A stretch of 64,000 nucleotides of DNA, taken from the IMG/VR virus record IMGVR_UViG_3300025674_007777, positions 8,472 to 72,471 of that record; one strand, given 5' to 3'. Under the pieces are notes generated by a model. It was not told where the DNA came from, ran no database searches, and saw nothing but the letters and a program-made list of their open reading frames with translations. This document shows positions 9,484 through 19,984 of this stretch, one piece after another (position 1 is the first letter of the stretch; each line of letters opens with the position of its first letter). The stretch is from a virus. The position numbers and the translations under genes are program-made.

Positions 9484-10370
9484 AATCTTGTTTTTACATT
9501 TGTACCGTGAATTGGTTTAACGAAGGTATCATTATCATGGTCTGGCAATCTGCCCCATTTTCTTATAAATTTCTGCATATTGATCTGCTCTGCGGTCTGC
9601 TGTCTCTGCGACTTTCCTTTGAAATTGTCTTTTGCTTCGTCTCTGAAGTGACTGCCCCTAGCTGAAAAATGATATACTACTGATTTGCTGGTCATTTTGA
9701 ATTCATACCCCTCTAACTGCATTCTAATAAATAAGTCCATGTCTTCCCAGCTGGCTGGAGCGAATAATGGATCATTTCCTCCTATCCATTCATAATCTTC
9801 CTTCTTGCAAAAGAAACCTGCACCTCCTCCTTTTCTAACATCGATATCATTATTGTCACTGAATTCCCGAGCCCAGTCGTCAAAGATATCATTTTCAAAA
9901 TTATGATGATAGGCACCGAATGCATCTAATGGAACAAACACCGTGCCTGGGCGATAATCTGGATCATTAGGAAATATTTTTGGCTGTATTCTAAATGATG
10001 AGGCTATGAGTCTAGTATCTCCAATATCATCATATAGATTGAGTAACTCCAAATCCTGATTAGGTGCTATCCACATATCTGAATGTATGATATTGACAAA
10101 TTCTGTCTGGGCTTTATCTACGCAGAAATTCATTCCGCCGCCGATGCCTTTTTCCTGTTCATTATGCTCAATGTAATATTCTATATCATATTCATTATCA
10201 GCCAGCCATTCATTGGTACCATCTACACAATTTTCTGCATAAACTATGATTGGCATATCATTGTAATATGCATTTTGTCGCACAGATTGCACAGCTAGTT
10301 TCAAATACTCTAAATTATTATTTGTAGATATGCAAGTTGTTATTTTATGTTGTTCCATACATCTTTCCAT
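9480..10370 (-). CDS. Glycosyltransferase family 2
   Basis: ITTCISTNNN, DGTNEWL, HSDM, WEDMDL; start possibly 10358. Confidence 0.9.
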   Translation of the reverse strand: MERCMEQHKITTCISTNNNLEYLKLAVQSVRQNAYYNDMPIIVYAENCVDGTNEWLADNEYDIEYYIEHNEQEKGIGGGMNFCVDKAQTEFVNIIHSDMWIAPNQDLELLNLYDDIGDTRLIASSFRIQPKIFPNDPDYRPGTVFVPLDAFGAYHHNFENDIFDDWAREFSDNNDIDVRKGGGAGFFCKKEDYEWIGGNDPLFAPASWEDMDLFIRMQLEGYEFKMTSKSVVYHFSARGSHFRDEAKDNFKGKSQRQQTAEQINMQKFIRKWGRLPDHDNDTFVKPIHGTNVKTRL

Positions 10371-11278
10371 GTTAATGCATTATAAGCAGGATTGAATAAG
10401 TTATGCGAATTCTTTTCAGACATTTTCCCTGCTATCTTATACCAGTTATTAGAATTACGACGCTCTCCTAATGTGTCACCATTTTCATCAGCCACATAAC
10501 AACGCTTCTTAGGATGTTCTCTGTTATGTACTAACAAAATATTTTTAATCACATATTGAGGAATGTTTCCTAAAATTTTATTTGTCATATACATGAAAGC
10601 CGAATCTTCATGAGTGAAGAATACAGATTTAGGAATATTCACTCCCGCCTTAATGACTTCAGATGATATGACCAAACCACAACCGTTAAATTTATGAGGT
10701 GAGGCGATTCGTACATCCAACTCCTCTACATCATTAATTTTATTCATTTCATCTTTGCTCATAACATATCTAGTGCCCCACCATTTTTTGTTATCCACAG
10801 GCTTGTCTGTCATCATAACATGTTCAACCGGTCTCCAAGAATCATCCCACATCTTACATGTTCCAAAAAATGCTAAATATTTTGGTGATGTAGCTGATTG
10901 AGATTGATGCAACATATCCAATACTGAAAACATTTGTTTAGGAGCTAACATATCAGATTCTCCCCATATCAGCACATCTACTGAATCGCAATATTTTTCA
11001 TTGAACTCACGCCGATAATCTGCAATGGTAACAAGTAATGGTGATAAATTGACTGACCACTCTGCTGGAATAGATTGTTTTATTTTAATTAAACATTCAG
11101 CCAATTGTTTTTTACTGATACATTTTTCTAATTGCTGATTGGAACTTATCCAGAAGTCGACAATGACATCACCATCGTATTCGGTCATTGCATCTTTCAA
11201 TGAATCAATGTATTCATTAATGATATCACATTCATACCATTGCACTAAACATCCTATGGCAAACTTAGTCTTTGGCAT
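10340..11278 (-). CDS. Putative GT-A glycosyltransferase
   Basis: WGESDM and HEDSAF motifs; likely start MPKTKFAIG. Confidence 0.6.
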   Translation of the reverse strand: MPKTKFAIGCLVQWYECDIINEYIDSLKDAMTEYDGDVIVDFWISSNQQLEKCISKKQLAECLIKIKQSIPAEWSVNLSPLLVTIADYRREFNEKYCDSVDVLIWGESDMLAPKQMFSVLDMLHQSQSATSPKYLAFFGTCKMWDDSWRPVEHVMMTDKPVDNKKWWGTRYVMSKDEMNKINDVEELDVRIASPHKFNGCGLVISSEVIKAGVNIPKSVFFTHEDSAFMYMTNKILGNIPQYVIKNILLVHNREHPKKRCYVADENGDTLGERRNSNNWYKIAGKMSEKNSHNLFNPAYNALTWKDVWNNIK

Positions 11279-12047
11279 AATTAGCTTCTTCCTCCCAATT
11301 TCTAAAATATGGTAACCATCGTTCCTCTGCATGACCACAATATGCTGGTATTGAACTTATCAAGCCTTTTCCTTTGCCGGCCAATAATCTGAATGTAGCT
11401 CCTCCCATTGGTAATGGTTTACCAGTATGTAATTGCATCATATCATCTCTGTCTTCTCTGATGTTTTCCGCTGTTGTTGCAAACGTCATTGTTGTGCTAC
11501 TAGTTAATTTCCAATGACATGATTTGGATGCATACACAACGGTATCTTCGCCGTGACAATACACATTGAGTGGTTTGCGAACACCATCATCATCAATGTC
11601 TATTTTTCCATGTCCCCACTGAAATCTACTATCTTCTTTATCCTGATACTTATCTGGATGATCATATAATGTAGCATATGGAGCTCCTAATGCTTCAAAA
11701 GCTTCAATCAAAATGTTCTTAGCGCCGCGACAATGTATGTAATCATCTTCTACAAGATACACAATTGTATCTGCTGGCATATCTTTTGTTAGTTCATATG
11801 CTTTGTTCCAACTGTATAAGAATGAGCCAGTGTTTCCATTATTTGTCAATTCTACATTGTCAGAATATCGCTTGACCATATCAAATGTCTCTTGAGATAC
11901 ATTATCACATATGACATGCAGGTTTTCTGAACCAAATTCTCTTACCAATGTTCGTAGGCAATCTTCTTTACTAGCATATGCTGGTTTAATTTTTTCAGGA
12001 TTGGAATGATCACTGATTCTGTAAATAGTAACTATATTCATATTCAT
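11265..12047 (-). CDS. Putative GT-A glycosyltransferase
   Basis: GNTGSF, YLVEDDYIH (DxD-like), LYDHPDKY. Confidence 0.7.
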   Translation of the reverse strand: MNMNIVTIYRISDHSNPEKIKPAYASKEDCLRTLVREFGSENLHVICDNVSQETFDMVKRYSDNVELTNNGNTGSFLYSWNKAYELTKDMPADTIVYLVEDDYIHCRGAKNILIEAFEALGAPYATLYDHPDKYQDKEDSRFQWGHGKIDIDDDGVRKPLNVYCHGEDTVVYASKSCHWKLTSSTTMTFATTAENIREDRDDMMQLHTGKPLPMGGATFRLLAGKGKGLISSIPAYCGHAEERWLPYFRNWEEEANYAKD

Positions 12048-12841
12048 ATCTCGTTTATTGTTATTCTTTTAAATCTTTCATCTGCTGGATTTGTGTCTGA
12101 TAATATTTCAACATCTATTTCTTCTCGAACAAACCAGTCATACATTGCTGTCGTGCATTCAATTGTATTTTTCAATTCTGTATAGCTAGGACCTCGGCCT
12201 ACACTTGCTGTATACAGATCCTGCGAATGCTGTTCAATCCAATTCGGATCACGATCATTTCCTTGATATCTAGATAAGTCCCCAATATCCCAACCTATTG
12301 TGACAATTTTCTTCACACCTAGTAGATAACATAATGGAAATCCAGATTCATATAATATACCTGGCCCCCACATAACTCTCGTATCAGTTCCCAACTGTTT
12401 CCAATTGTCAAAATTTCTTGTATATGCAGTAGTACCTTCCAATGTTATCCATGGACCTGAAATGACAGGAAAATAGATATCAATATCATGTTGCCATTCA
12501 TTAATTATCCTATGCAGTTCATTATCCATGTTACTAGCAGTAAGTTGCCAGGATTTTATAGTATGCTCATTGTCATATGTATATGGCTGAAAATTATATG
12601 TGGATATCAAATGAAAATCGCATATATCACTAAGATAATTGAAAGATTGTTTTGCGCAGATGACTAATTTGTCTTTCAGTTTTGATTTCAGTACTTTCTG
12701 ATCATGTTTAGTTAGACTAGGGCCACATGTAACAAGATATGCGACATCACCTTCATATGCGCCGTTCAATAATTCTAAACGTTCTTCTATCGAATCCAAC
12801 GCATGCATTTGCTGTTTTATCTGACTCGTCTTCTTTTTCAT
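12044..12841 (-). CDS. Maf/DUF115-like putative nonulosonic-acid transferase
   Basis: YLVTCGPSL...LGVKKIVTIGWD pattern typical of the Maf/MptE-like Rossmann domain; neuA/neuB context. Confidence 0.6.
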   Translation of the reverse strand: MKKKTSQIKQQMHALDSIEERLELLNGAYEGDVAYLVTCGPSLTKHDQKVLKSKLKDKLVICAKQSFNYLSDICDFHLISTYNFQPYTYDNEHTIKSWQLTASNMDNELHRIINEWQHDIDIYFPVISGPWITLEGTTAYTRNFDNWKQLGTDTRVMWGPGILYESGFPLCYLLGVKKIVTIGWDIGDLSRYQGNDRDPNWIEQHSQDLYTASVGRGPSYTELKNTIECTTAMYDWFVREEIDVEILSDTNPADERFKRITINEI

Positions 12842-13551
12842 TTCTGTAATATAACTGTCATTGATGGTTTCTGAATACCAGGTGTTTCAATATTGATATG
12901 TTTAAATTTATCAGAAAATAACATTCTCATTGATTCTTCAGAAAAATAATGATAATGACCATCCCAGCCGCCATCATTTGGATATCTCAAACGTCTTTTA
13001 ATAGGAACTTCCAATATCAAATAACGATTTGTAATTTTATCAACTGTATCAACAAACGCATGCAAGTCTTTGATATGTTCTAAGACATGCCAACATGTTA
13101 CCAGATCATATGATTTGTTAAAGTCAATATCATTAATATCTCCATGATATACATTTTCATAGCCATATTCAATAAGATTGTTAACACAAAGATTGCTAAT
13201 TTCCTGACAATCAATTTGTAAATGTTTGAACCGATCACGAACCATATTGACAAATGATCCTCCGCCGGCTCCAATATCTAACATACTATCACAATCATCG
13301 ACGATGTTTTTTATAATATTACAACGACTTTTCATGATATGGTGTCTGACACTATGAAACTTATCAGTAAACTTACCATCTATAACTTCACCAGTCGTTC
13401 TATTACCATGCTTATTAGTTCTATATTCATTGCGATGATAAGATAAACCATCATCCTGATAATCTACGAATACATGCTTACATGATGGACATTTATACAC
13501 ATCCTTCACAGATGCTTCATGCATTACAGTGTTACAAATAATACATCGCAT
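12838..13551 (-). CDS. Class I SAM-dependent methyltransferase with N-terminal Zn ribbon
   Basis: CIIC..CPSC, LDIGAGGG, WHVLEH. Confidence 0.9.
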   Translation of the reverse strand: MRCIICNTVMHEASVKDVYKCPSCKHVFVDYQDDGLSYHRNEYRTNKHGNRTTGEVIDGKFTDKFHSVRHHIMKSRCNIIKNIVDDCDSMLDIGAGGGSFVNMVRDRFKHLQIDCQEISNLCVNNLIEYGYENVYHGDINDIDFNKSYDLVTCWHVLEHIKDLHAFVDTVDKITNRYLILEVPIKRRLRYPNDGGWDGHYHYFSEESMRMLFSDKFKHINIETPGIQKPSMTVILQK

Positions 13552-13554
13552 CCA

Positions 13555-14622
13555 TCAATCCTTACAAGTTGAAATAAAATTTTTCAATGACTCATGCCAT
13601 TTTTTAATTGATGCATTTCTGATCTTATACCATGTTTCGCGGTATGTGGAATCCATTAGCAATCTGAAATGTTTGCCGCGCAATTGATCTAACCAATCTT
13701 CGTCATTGATATCAATGTTATAATCTTCAAATCCATTTCTTAATGAAAAGTCACGCACTTTGTCCTGTGTGCTGAAATATAATCCAGGTATATTCATTCC
13801 AATGGAAATTAATTGTCCATGACCCCTGAATGCTATTATGGAATCGAAATTCAAATACACTTTAACCAACTCTGATGTATAATCAAATGCCAACATATCA
13901 GTCAACTGTCTCGAATCAATGATGAAATTTGAAAAATATCTAAAATCCTTTGGGGTATGTGGCATTGCCACTAATTTACTATTGTTAGCAAATTCGACAA
14001 TACTTTTAATGTTTGCTTCGCCATTGAACCTATGTTCATTAATATGCTGACTAGTATTGAATGCTGGCTGAATTACATTAGTTTCTAATTGACCATACTT
14101 TTCAATCTTAGCATAATCGAAAATCAAGCCTGGATCTGGAACTTCAATGACTTTATCAGTATGCAATCCGAGATCCTTCAAAATATCAACTGAGCCGTCA
14201 TTTCTCAATGAAAATTTTGATGACAATTCAATCATAGATTTCAAAGAAGCCTTTGCTTCATCAGAGAAACCCTCTCTACCTCTGAAATAATTGATACCTA
14301 ATCCAACAAAATATGTGGGACAGTTCAATGATTTCATTATCTCTTCATTGAATGGTAACTTGAAATGGGTTTCATGTTGTTCATATCCTCTATATTCAAT
14401 CAAGCCGCCTCCGCCGACAACTATGGCATCGAAATTATTCTGCTTGAAGAATTCAATAACAAATTTAATATTGTTTTTACGATTCCAGAACATTCCTATG
14501 TCTAAAGAATGCCATTCGATATCAGAATATTGGGCATCAAATTCTTTTCTCACATTATACAATGCAATGTTATCACCTAAATTTCTGTTATACGATCCTA
14601 TGTGTGCAAATTTATAACTCAT
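13555..14622 (-). CDS. Polysaccharide pyruvyl transferase family protein
   Basis: NLGDNI, VGGGGLI, SLRNDGS, VPDPG, RGHG motifs. Confidence 0.8.
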   Translation of the reverse strand: MSYKFAHIGSYNRNLGDNIALYNVRKEFDAQYSDIEWHSLDIGMFWNRKNNIKFVIEFFKQNNFDAIVVGGGGLIEYRGYEQHETHFKLPFNEEIMKSLNCPTYFVGLGINYFRGREGFSDEAKASLKSMIELSSKFSLRNDGSVDILKDLGLHTDKVIEVPDPGLIFDYAKIEKYGQLETNVIQPAFNTSQHINEHRFNGEANIKSIVEFANNSKLVAMPHTPKDFRYFSNFIIDSRQLTDMLAFDYTSELVKVYLNFDSIIAFRGHGQLISIGMNIPGLYFSTQDKVRDFSLRNGFEDYNIDINDEDWLDQLRGKHFRLLMDSTYRETWYKIRNASIKKWHESLKNFISTCKD

Positions 14623-14632
14623 ATATAATCTT

Positions 14633-15475
14633 TTATATTAAAAATGGATTTAGTCTTTTCAAAATTAATCTACTACTGTCTCTAACATAACCTTTTGTGG
14701 TCGGATACCTTCTATGAAAACCGCTAGTATCTGTTATTATAACAGATCCTTTTTTTCCTGTAATAAGTGTTTCTTTCTGCAATCCATATGACGATAAGTA
14801 TTTATTTATTTGATTTGTGTCAATACAATAATCTTTAGTAGTGGCTAGACGTAAACTATCAGTCCATAAAATATGATTAGAATTTCTAGTTACCTTTTTA
14901 AATCTTAAGTTATGACTTCTACGCATCGATAGATCGTAAAGCAGTGTCAACTTTTCTTTGGAATTTTTATTGGTCCCTAATACATAAGAATATGGACCAT
15001 TTTCGAGCTTAACATCGTTATTATAACGGAATACCTTAAAACAAGGATGAAATGTATCTACATGCATTGTACACTGTATATCATAATCAGATGCAGTATC
15101 TATTCTTGTACGATTTACCCATGAGCGTCCTATATCAAAATTTTCATCAGCTGTAACATATTTCATTATATCTAAAAATGTTTCATGCTTTATTCCAGGT
15201 TCCAATACTAAAACACCATCATGTAAAAACTTATTAGTATATTCATTTACTTCGAAATTTGCACGTTTATAATCAAATATTTTTTCAGCTAATATGCAAC
15301 GAAGTAAATGAATACCATCTACATCAAACTCAGAAACTACATGCTTACTATTATTATTAAACTCATTTAAATCGTTAGAATCGATAACAGCTTTAATCGA
15401 TTTACCTGTAATAGAATCAATCAATTGCATGTCTTCTTCGGTGATAAATTTTTTAATTAGATCTTTCATTACCAA
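14633..15475 (-). CDS. PhyH-like Fe(II)/2OG dioxygenase
   Basis: HVD...NGPYSYVLGT...GSVIITDTSGFHR facial-triad pattern. Confidence 0.75.
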   Translation of the reverse strand: MVMKDLIKKFITEEDMQLIDSITGKSIKAVIDSNDLNEFNNNSKHVVSEFDVDGIHLLRCILAEKIFDYKRANFEVNEYTNKFLHDGVLVLEPGIKHETFLDIMKYVTADENFDIGRSWVNRTRIDTASDYDIQCTMHVDTFHPCFKVFRYNNDVKLENGPYSYVLGTNKNSKEKLTLLYDLSMRRSHNLRFKKVTRNSNHILWTDSLRLATTKDYCIDTNQINKYLSSYGLQKETLITGKKGSVIITDTSGFHRRYPTTKGYVRDSSRLILKRLNPFLI

Positions 15476-16221
15476 ATAATATTTTTTGAAACAATTATGT
15501 CATGAGCATTATTAAATTTACTAATATCGCCTGATCTGTATGTATGAAAATTTTCAGGTATTAATTGTTTTTCATTGTTACCGATACCCATAACTTGTTT
15601 ACCAACTAAAAACTTATCTATAATATCCAAAGCTTCTTTGTTATCAAATCTATTAAATTCAAACATTATAACATAATTGATAAAATTATCTTTTTCATGT
15701 ATTCTTTGTAATATTGTATGTTCTATACCTTCTACATCAATTTTCATAACAAATTCAGTGACATTACCAAGCACATCTATTACATCAAATTGCTGAACAT
15801 CTTGTGTTATTACTCCAGTTTTATTAGTAATACAATTTAAATCGATACTACCGTTACCAGAACTTTTTGGTATATATAGTTTAACTGTTTTTGTACAATT
15901 TCCTACAGCGACGTTATTTATTTCTACATTATTACATCCTTTAACTGTTTCTCGTAAACAATTAAATACACTTTCATTAGGTTCATAAGCTTTTATTTTT
16001 TTGGCAACATCCAAAACAGGCACTAAGAACTCTCCATAATTTGTTCCTATATCAAATACACTATCTGGACTTAATTTTCTAATAATGTTTTTCCATGTTT
16101 TAACTTTGCCTTCTTGTGTACCTTTTCTGGACTCTACTAATCCAGACCTTGTATCGCTCGTATTAACGTATAATTTATAAGGAATATTGTCGTACTCTAC
16201 TGTAATAACTTTTCTTGCCAT
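15469..16221 (-). CDS. FkbM-family methyltransferase
   Basis: DIGTNYG, YEPN, AVGN, KIDVEGIE. Confidence 0.9.
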   Translation of the reverse strand: MARKVITVEYDNIPYKLYVNTSDTRSGLVESRKGTQEGKVKTWKNIIRKLSPDSVFDIGTNYGEFLVPVLDVAKKIKAYEPNESVFNCLRETVKGCNNVEINNVAVGNCTKTVKLYIPKSSGNGSIDLNCITNKTGVITQDVQQFDVIDVLGNVTEFVMKIDVEGIEHTILQRIHEKDNFINYVIMFEFNRFDNKEALDIIDKFLVGKQVMGIGNNEKQLIPENFHTYRSGDISKFNNAHDIIVSKNIIW

Positions 16222-16880
16222 AACGTTTCTGCTACTTTAAATTGCCATTCGTAATCAATGTCAAACGCTTCGAGCTCTGACATCACAAATAATTCTGGCT
16301 GAGGTGGGTAATTTGTATCCATCCAATACCCATTTTTAATAATGTTCAATGGACTGGCATATAAACAATGCGCCGCTTCAAATATTGGTTCCACAACTTT
16401 GGTATTCATTATACTAGCCTGTTTCCAATCAGTGATCGGCGATCCGGAACTATCCCAATAATATGTCTTCTTTTCAAATACAGCAAATGCTCCTTGTTTA
16501 TCAGATTTTGCATAATTTCTTATGAACTCATCAATTGTTTCAATTTTTAATAACGGATTACATGCGCTGATTAACACCACGTACTTATATGGTAACTTAT
16601 CATGCCATTCATAGATAAGCTGTAGATCATTATCTTCATTGGCAGATGCTTCACTACGATCAAATACATGAACTCCATGTTTTGCAGCAACATCTTTCAA
16701 TTCCTGTTCCCATGCTGAAAAGTATACATTGTCCATGGATATTATTTGAGATGATTTGAGTTTTTCAAATAATATCTCAGTCAGTGTTGTATCAGCAAAT
16801 GTTCGTAACATTTTCCTGGGCACTCTCTGAGAGCCAAGTCTTGCCTGAACAATGATTGCTATGTCATCTAATTTTTTCAT
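16197..16880 (-). CDS. neuA: CMP-nonulosonate synthetase (acylneuraminate cytidylyltransferase)
   Basis: IIVQARLGSQRVPRKML, CNPLL, DIDYEWQF. Confidence 0.85.
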   Translation of the reverse strand: MKKLDDIAIIVQARLGSQRVPRKMLRTFADTTLTEILFEKLKSSQIISMDNVYFSAWEQELKDVAAKHGVHVFDRSEASANEDNDLQLIYEWHDKLPYKYVVLISACNPLLKIETIDEFIRNYAKSDKQGAFAVFEKKTYYWDSSGSPITDWKQASIMNTKVVEPIFEAAHCLYASPLNIIKNGYWMDTNYPPQPELFVMSELEAFDIDYEWQFKVAETLWQEKLLQ

Positions 16881-17514
16881 ATACCTCTGTACGTAATGGA
16901 AAATATTTTTTACTTATTTCTGTGCCACAATTATAATCAAATCCTTCGCCTAGATTCTGTAAACAGGAATAATCATCATCTAGATATTGCTCGAAACAGT
17001 TCACAAAACCTTCATGATATATTTTATATTCTCTGCGAGTATCAGTGTCTTTCAATCCTACATGACCAGTAAAGGCATGTGCGTTACTGAAATCTCTGTT
17101 AAATCCATCAACTCCAGCAAAATATATGTTCTTAGCACCGCACATCAAAGCAAGTTTTACTAATCGAGCAGCTGCGCCGGCAATACTATTAAATGGAATG
17201 TCGACCCAAAAAACATCAAACTTTGAACTGAATTCTTTCAACTCTTTGGAATGAACCTTTTCTCTGTAATGATGTGGCTCGATCAAAATCATAGGATCAT
17301 CCTTGCGTAGCCTGTCACGAAATGATGTGTTCTCAATGTCTGTATTGTAACCTATCAATGCTAAATCTATCTTAGTGTCTGATAATCTTTCTGATATATA
17401 GAAATCATTACATGTCCAAACATAGTCATAGTCTAAATTTTCCCATTTAACATCGAGAGTAGATGTACCAGCACCTAAGATTAAAATATTTTTATTTATG
17501 AATTTATCCAGCAT
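16864..17514 (-). CDS. Sialyltransferase/Maf-like transferase
   Basis: ILGAGTS, WTCNDFY, GAKNIYFAGVDGF resemble GT42/Maf-type motifs; adjacent to neuA. Confidence 0.6.
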   Translation of the reverse strand: MLDKFINKNILILGAGTSTLDVKWENLDYDYVWTCNDFYISERLSDTKIDLALIGYNTDIENTSFRDRLRKDDPMILIEPHHYREKVHSKELKEFSSKFDVFWVDIPFNSIAGAAARLVKLALMCGAKNIYFAGVDGFNRDFSNAHAFTGHVGLKDTDTRREYKIYHEGFVNCFEQYLDDDYSCLQNLGEGFDYNCGTEISKKYFPLRTEVYEKIR

Positions 17515-18352
17515 TTTTAATAGCTTCCAGCTCTTTCCAATTCATTTGCGGTACAATACCATTCACTCCCATCAAGTTACCATATAATTGAGTACGCTGA
17601 TATTTGTTATGATCATACTGCATTTTTACTGCATGCAATGTATCAATATCCGGAGCAAAAAGTACTATTGAATTGTTTTTATTACAAACGACCTCTGATT
17701 CGCACCAATCCCATGGTATCCAGCATCTGTTCTTAGATAAATGTGTTTTCCAATATTCAGGAATGAATTTCCATTCATCTTTAAATTTCAAAAGATGTGT
17801 ATGAACATCATCATTATCTACATCAGAATTTTTATTAATGTTGAGCAGGTACGTCAATGCCTTTTCTCGCACATCTGGATGTGGACTTATCTCATAATGT
17901 GACAAGTTCTTCTGAATGGCCGTGATGATTCTTGTTTCTGCAGTAATATTGAATTTAGTTGTCAATGCTGCCTTGAACTCAGCCCCATTCAAATAATTCA
18001 CCAATTCCTGAATAAATGGATTATCATATTTTTGCAATCTGAATGTGATACCGAAACTTTCAACTGGATTGCCTTTGCGTCCGGTCGGAAAATCATTATT
18101 ATTGTATCTTCTGATATATTCATATACATCTGTGATACAACCTGGAAACTTCTGCACGGCATAATTCTTTTGATAAAGTTTAGAGATGAGTTCTTCGGTA
18201 TTTTTTGTCTCATCCCAATGAATCTGTTGATCATTTAGAATTTGCTCTAGATGTTCTTCACTTAAGAAGTCTTCGATTAGTAAATGCTTAAACGGTGCAT
18301 CCGCAAATTCAGCATTCAATATCTTTTCTGATAAGTATTTAAAATCGTTCAT
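17504..18352 (-). CDS. Fe(II)/2OG oxygenase
   Basis: PFKHLLIEDFL, HPD...TLHAV...R. Confidence 0.8.
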   Translation of the reverse strand: MNDFKYLSEKILNAEFADAPFKHLLIEDFLSEEHLEQILNDQQIHWDETKNTEELISKLYQKNYAVQKFPGCITDVYEYIRRYNNNDFPTGRKGNPVESFGITFRLQKYDNPFIQELVNYLNGAEFKAALTTKFNITAETRIITAIQKNLSHYEISPHPDVREKALTYLLNINKNSDVDNDDVHTHLLKFKDEWKFIPEYWKTHLSKNRCWIPWDWCESEVVCNKNNSIVLFAPDIDTLHAVKMQYDHNKYQRTQLYGNLMGVNGIVPQMNWKELEAIKNAG

Positions 18353-18353
18353 A

Positions 18354-19205
18354 TTATCCTCTCAATTTTTTCCTAACAGGTATTTCTGATTCAGTCACAG
18401 TTATGATACCATCTCCGTATGCCTTTTCCAATTCTCTGATACCTGATACTAATTTAAATAATCCTTGCGGCTCCACTGATGCCATATGATCCGAACCTTC
18501 CATGGTTCTGTCCAAAGTGATGTGACGTTCAATTATAGTAGCTCCTAGATATATGGCTGCTACTGATGTTCCTAATCTGAATTCATGGCCCGAATATCCA
18601 ATTTCAAAATCAGGATACATTTCTGTCAATGTTTTTATGCCGGACAAATTTAACTCTTCGATCGGAGCTGGATATGTGGAATTGCAATGCAATAATCCTA
18701 TTTCATGCTCATTATTAAACTCATCTTTCGCTTCACGTAATACATGTACAGCTTCATGAATTTCTTGCTGGGTAGACATTCCCGTTGAAAATATTACACG
18801 CTTTCCGGTTGCTACACATGCACGGAGCAACTCATGATTTGTTAACATGGCTGATGGTAGTTTGATAAATGGTATATCATACTGACTTAGAAAGTTCAAT
18901 GAATCCATATCCCATGGTGATGCTGACCAATCAATTCCTTGCTGTTTACAATAAGCATCAATTTCATCATATTCTGCCTTTCCAAATTCCACTTTGTATT
19001 TGTATTCGAGATATGTCATATCTTCGCCCTGCCAACTCCTAGGCTTACTTTTCTGATCTTCAGGTACACATACATCTGGATTTCTCTTCTGGAACTTCAC
19101 AGCATCACAACCAGCAGCTGCTGCAATATCAATTAAACGTTTTGCAATGTTAATATCACCTTGATGATTGATACCTATTTCGCCTATGATATATGTCTTT
19201 TTCAT
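18354..19205 (-). CDS. neuB: N-acetylneuraminate/nonulosonate synthase (no C-terminal SAF domain)
   Basis: EIGINHQG, AVKFQKR, STGMS, HCNSTYP, GYSGHE, IERHITLDR, GSDH. Confidence 0.95.
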   Translation of the reverse strand: MKKTYIIGEIGINHQGDINIAKRLIDIAAAAGCDAVKFQKRNPDVCVPEDQKSKPRSWQGEDMTYLEYKYKVEFGKAEYDEIDAYCKQQGIDWSASPWDMDSLNFLSQYDIPFIKLPSAMLTNHELLRACVATGKRVIFSTGMSTQQEIHEAVHVLREAKDEFNNEHEIGLLHCNSTYPAPIEELNLSGIKTLTEMYPDFEIGYSGHEFRLGTSVAAIYLGATIIERHITLDRTMEGSDHMASVEPQGLFKLVSGIRELEKAYGDGIITVTESEIPVRKKLRG

Positions 19206-19984
19206 TAGTTATTTTTTATATGATTTTTACTGTAAATGTCGTGTTTATGCTTATCGCCTGGCAATAAGAATGATAAATGCATGCAATGTCTATAACCTGC
19301 TTTTGGTAAATTGGCTCTATGCAATATATGACTATTAAAACTAGCACATGTGCCAGACTTTCCTATCACTTCATGACCTTCAATTGAATCAGCTTTATAT
19401 CGCTTTCCTTCTTCGTGTAGTACACATTTTTCGTCAATCATTTTAGGTGACATGATAGGATCTGCTATCATTAGACCTCCCTGATCAATATCGATATCAT
19501 TGAGATATACCAATAATTTGTAATTGTTCAGTTCAAATGATTTGTCTGTATGCCATAATGCACTGTAAAATATACTATGCTCATAATCAAATGGCATATC
19601 ATCTTCCAGTACTGGTTCAATCTCTCCGAATCTACATCGTTTTAAATGTATATCATCTACATACTGATTAGGACCTATGCATTCAAATTTTATTTCATTC
19701 ACAGATAATTCTGACAATCCCAGATAATCAATCACATCGTTCTTAAATGAATCTGCTAATTCTGGCGGTAGATTATTCATGATATAATCGGTAGAATTTG
19801 TTCCACTGATACCAAATACCCACCGATAATCAATATCATTGAATGAGTGGCTAGCTTCTAATTTATCATTATCTAAAAGCCAATTCATAATATCAATACC
19901 AGCATTAGCTAATTTTGTATCCAATGAAACATTATATGATTCAGAATCTATGGGAACAATAGATTTTAATTTATCATTGATCAT
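19205..19984 (-). CDS. PhyH-like Fe(II)/2OG dioxygenase
   Basis: WHTD...LVYLND...GG...ILHRA...R. Confidence 0.75.
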   Translation of the reverse strand: MINDKLKSIVPIDSESYNVSLDTKLANAGIDIMNWLLDNDKLEASHSFNDIDYRWVFGISGTNSTDYIMNNLPPELADSFKNDVIDYLGLSELSVNEIKFECIGPNQYVDDIHLKRCRFGEIEPVLEDDMPFDYEHSIFYSALWHTDKSFELNNYKLLVYLNDIDIDQGGLMIADPIMSPKMIDEKCVLHEEGKRYKADSIEGHEVIGKSGTCASFNSHILHRANLPKAGYRHCMHLSFLLPGDKHKHDIYSKNHIKNN

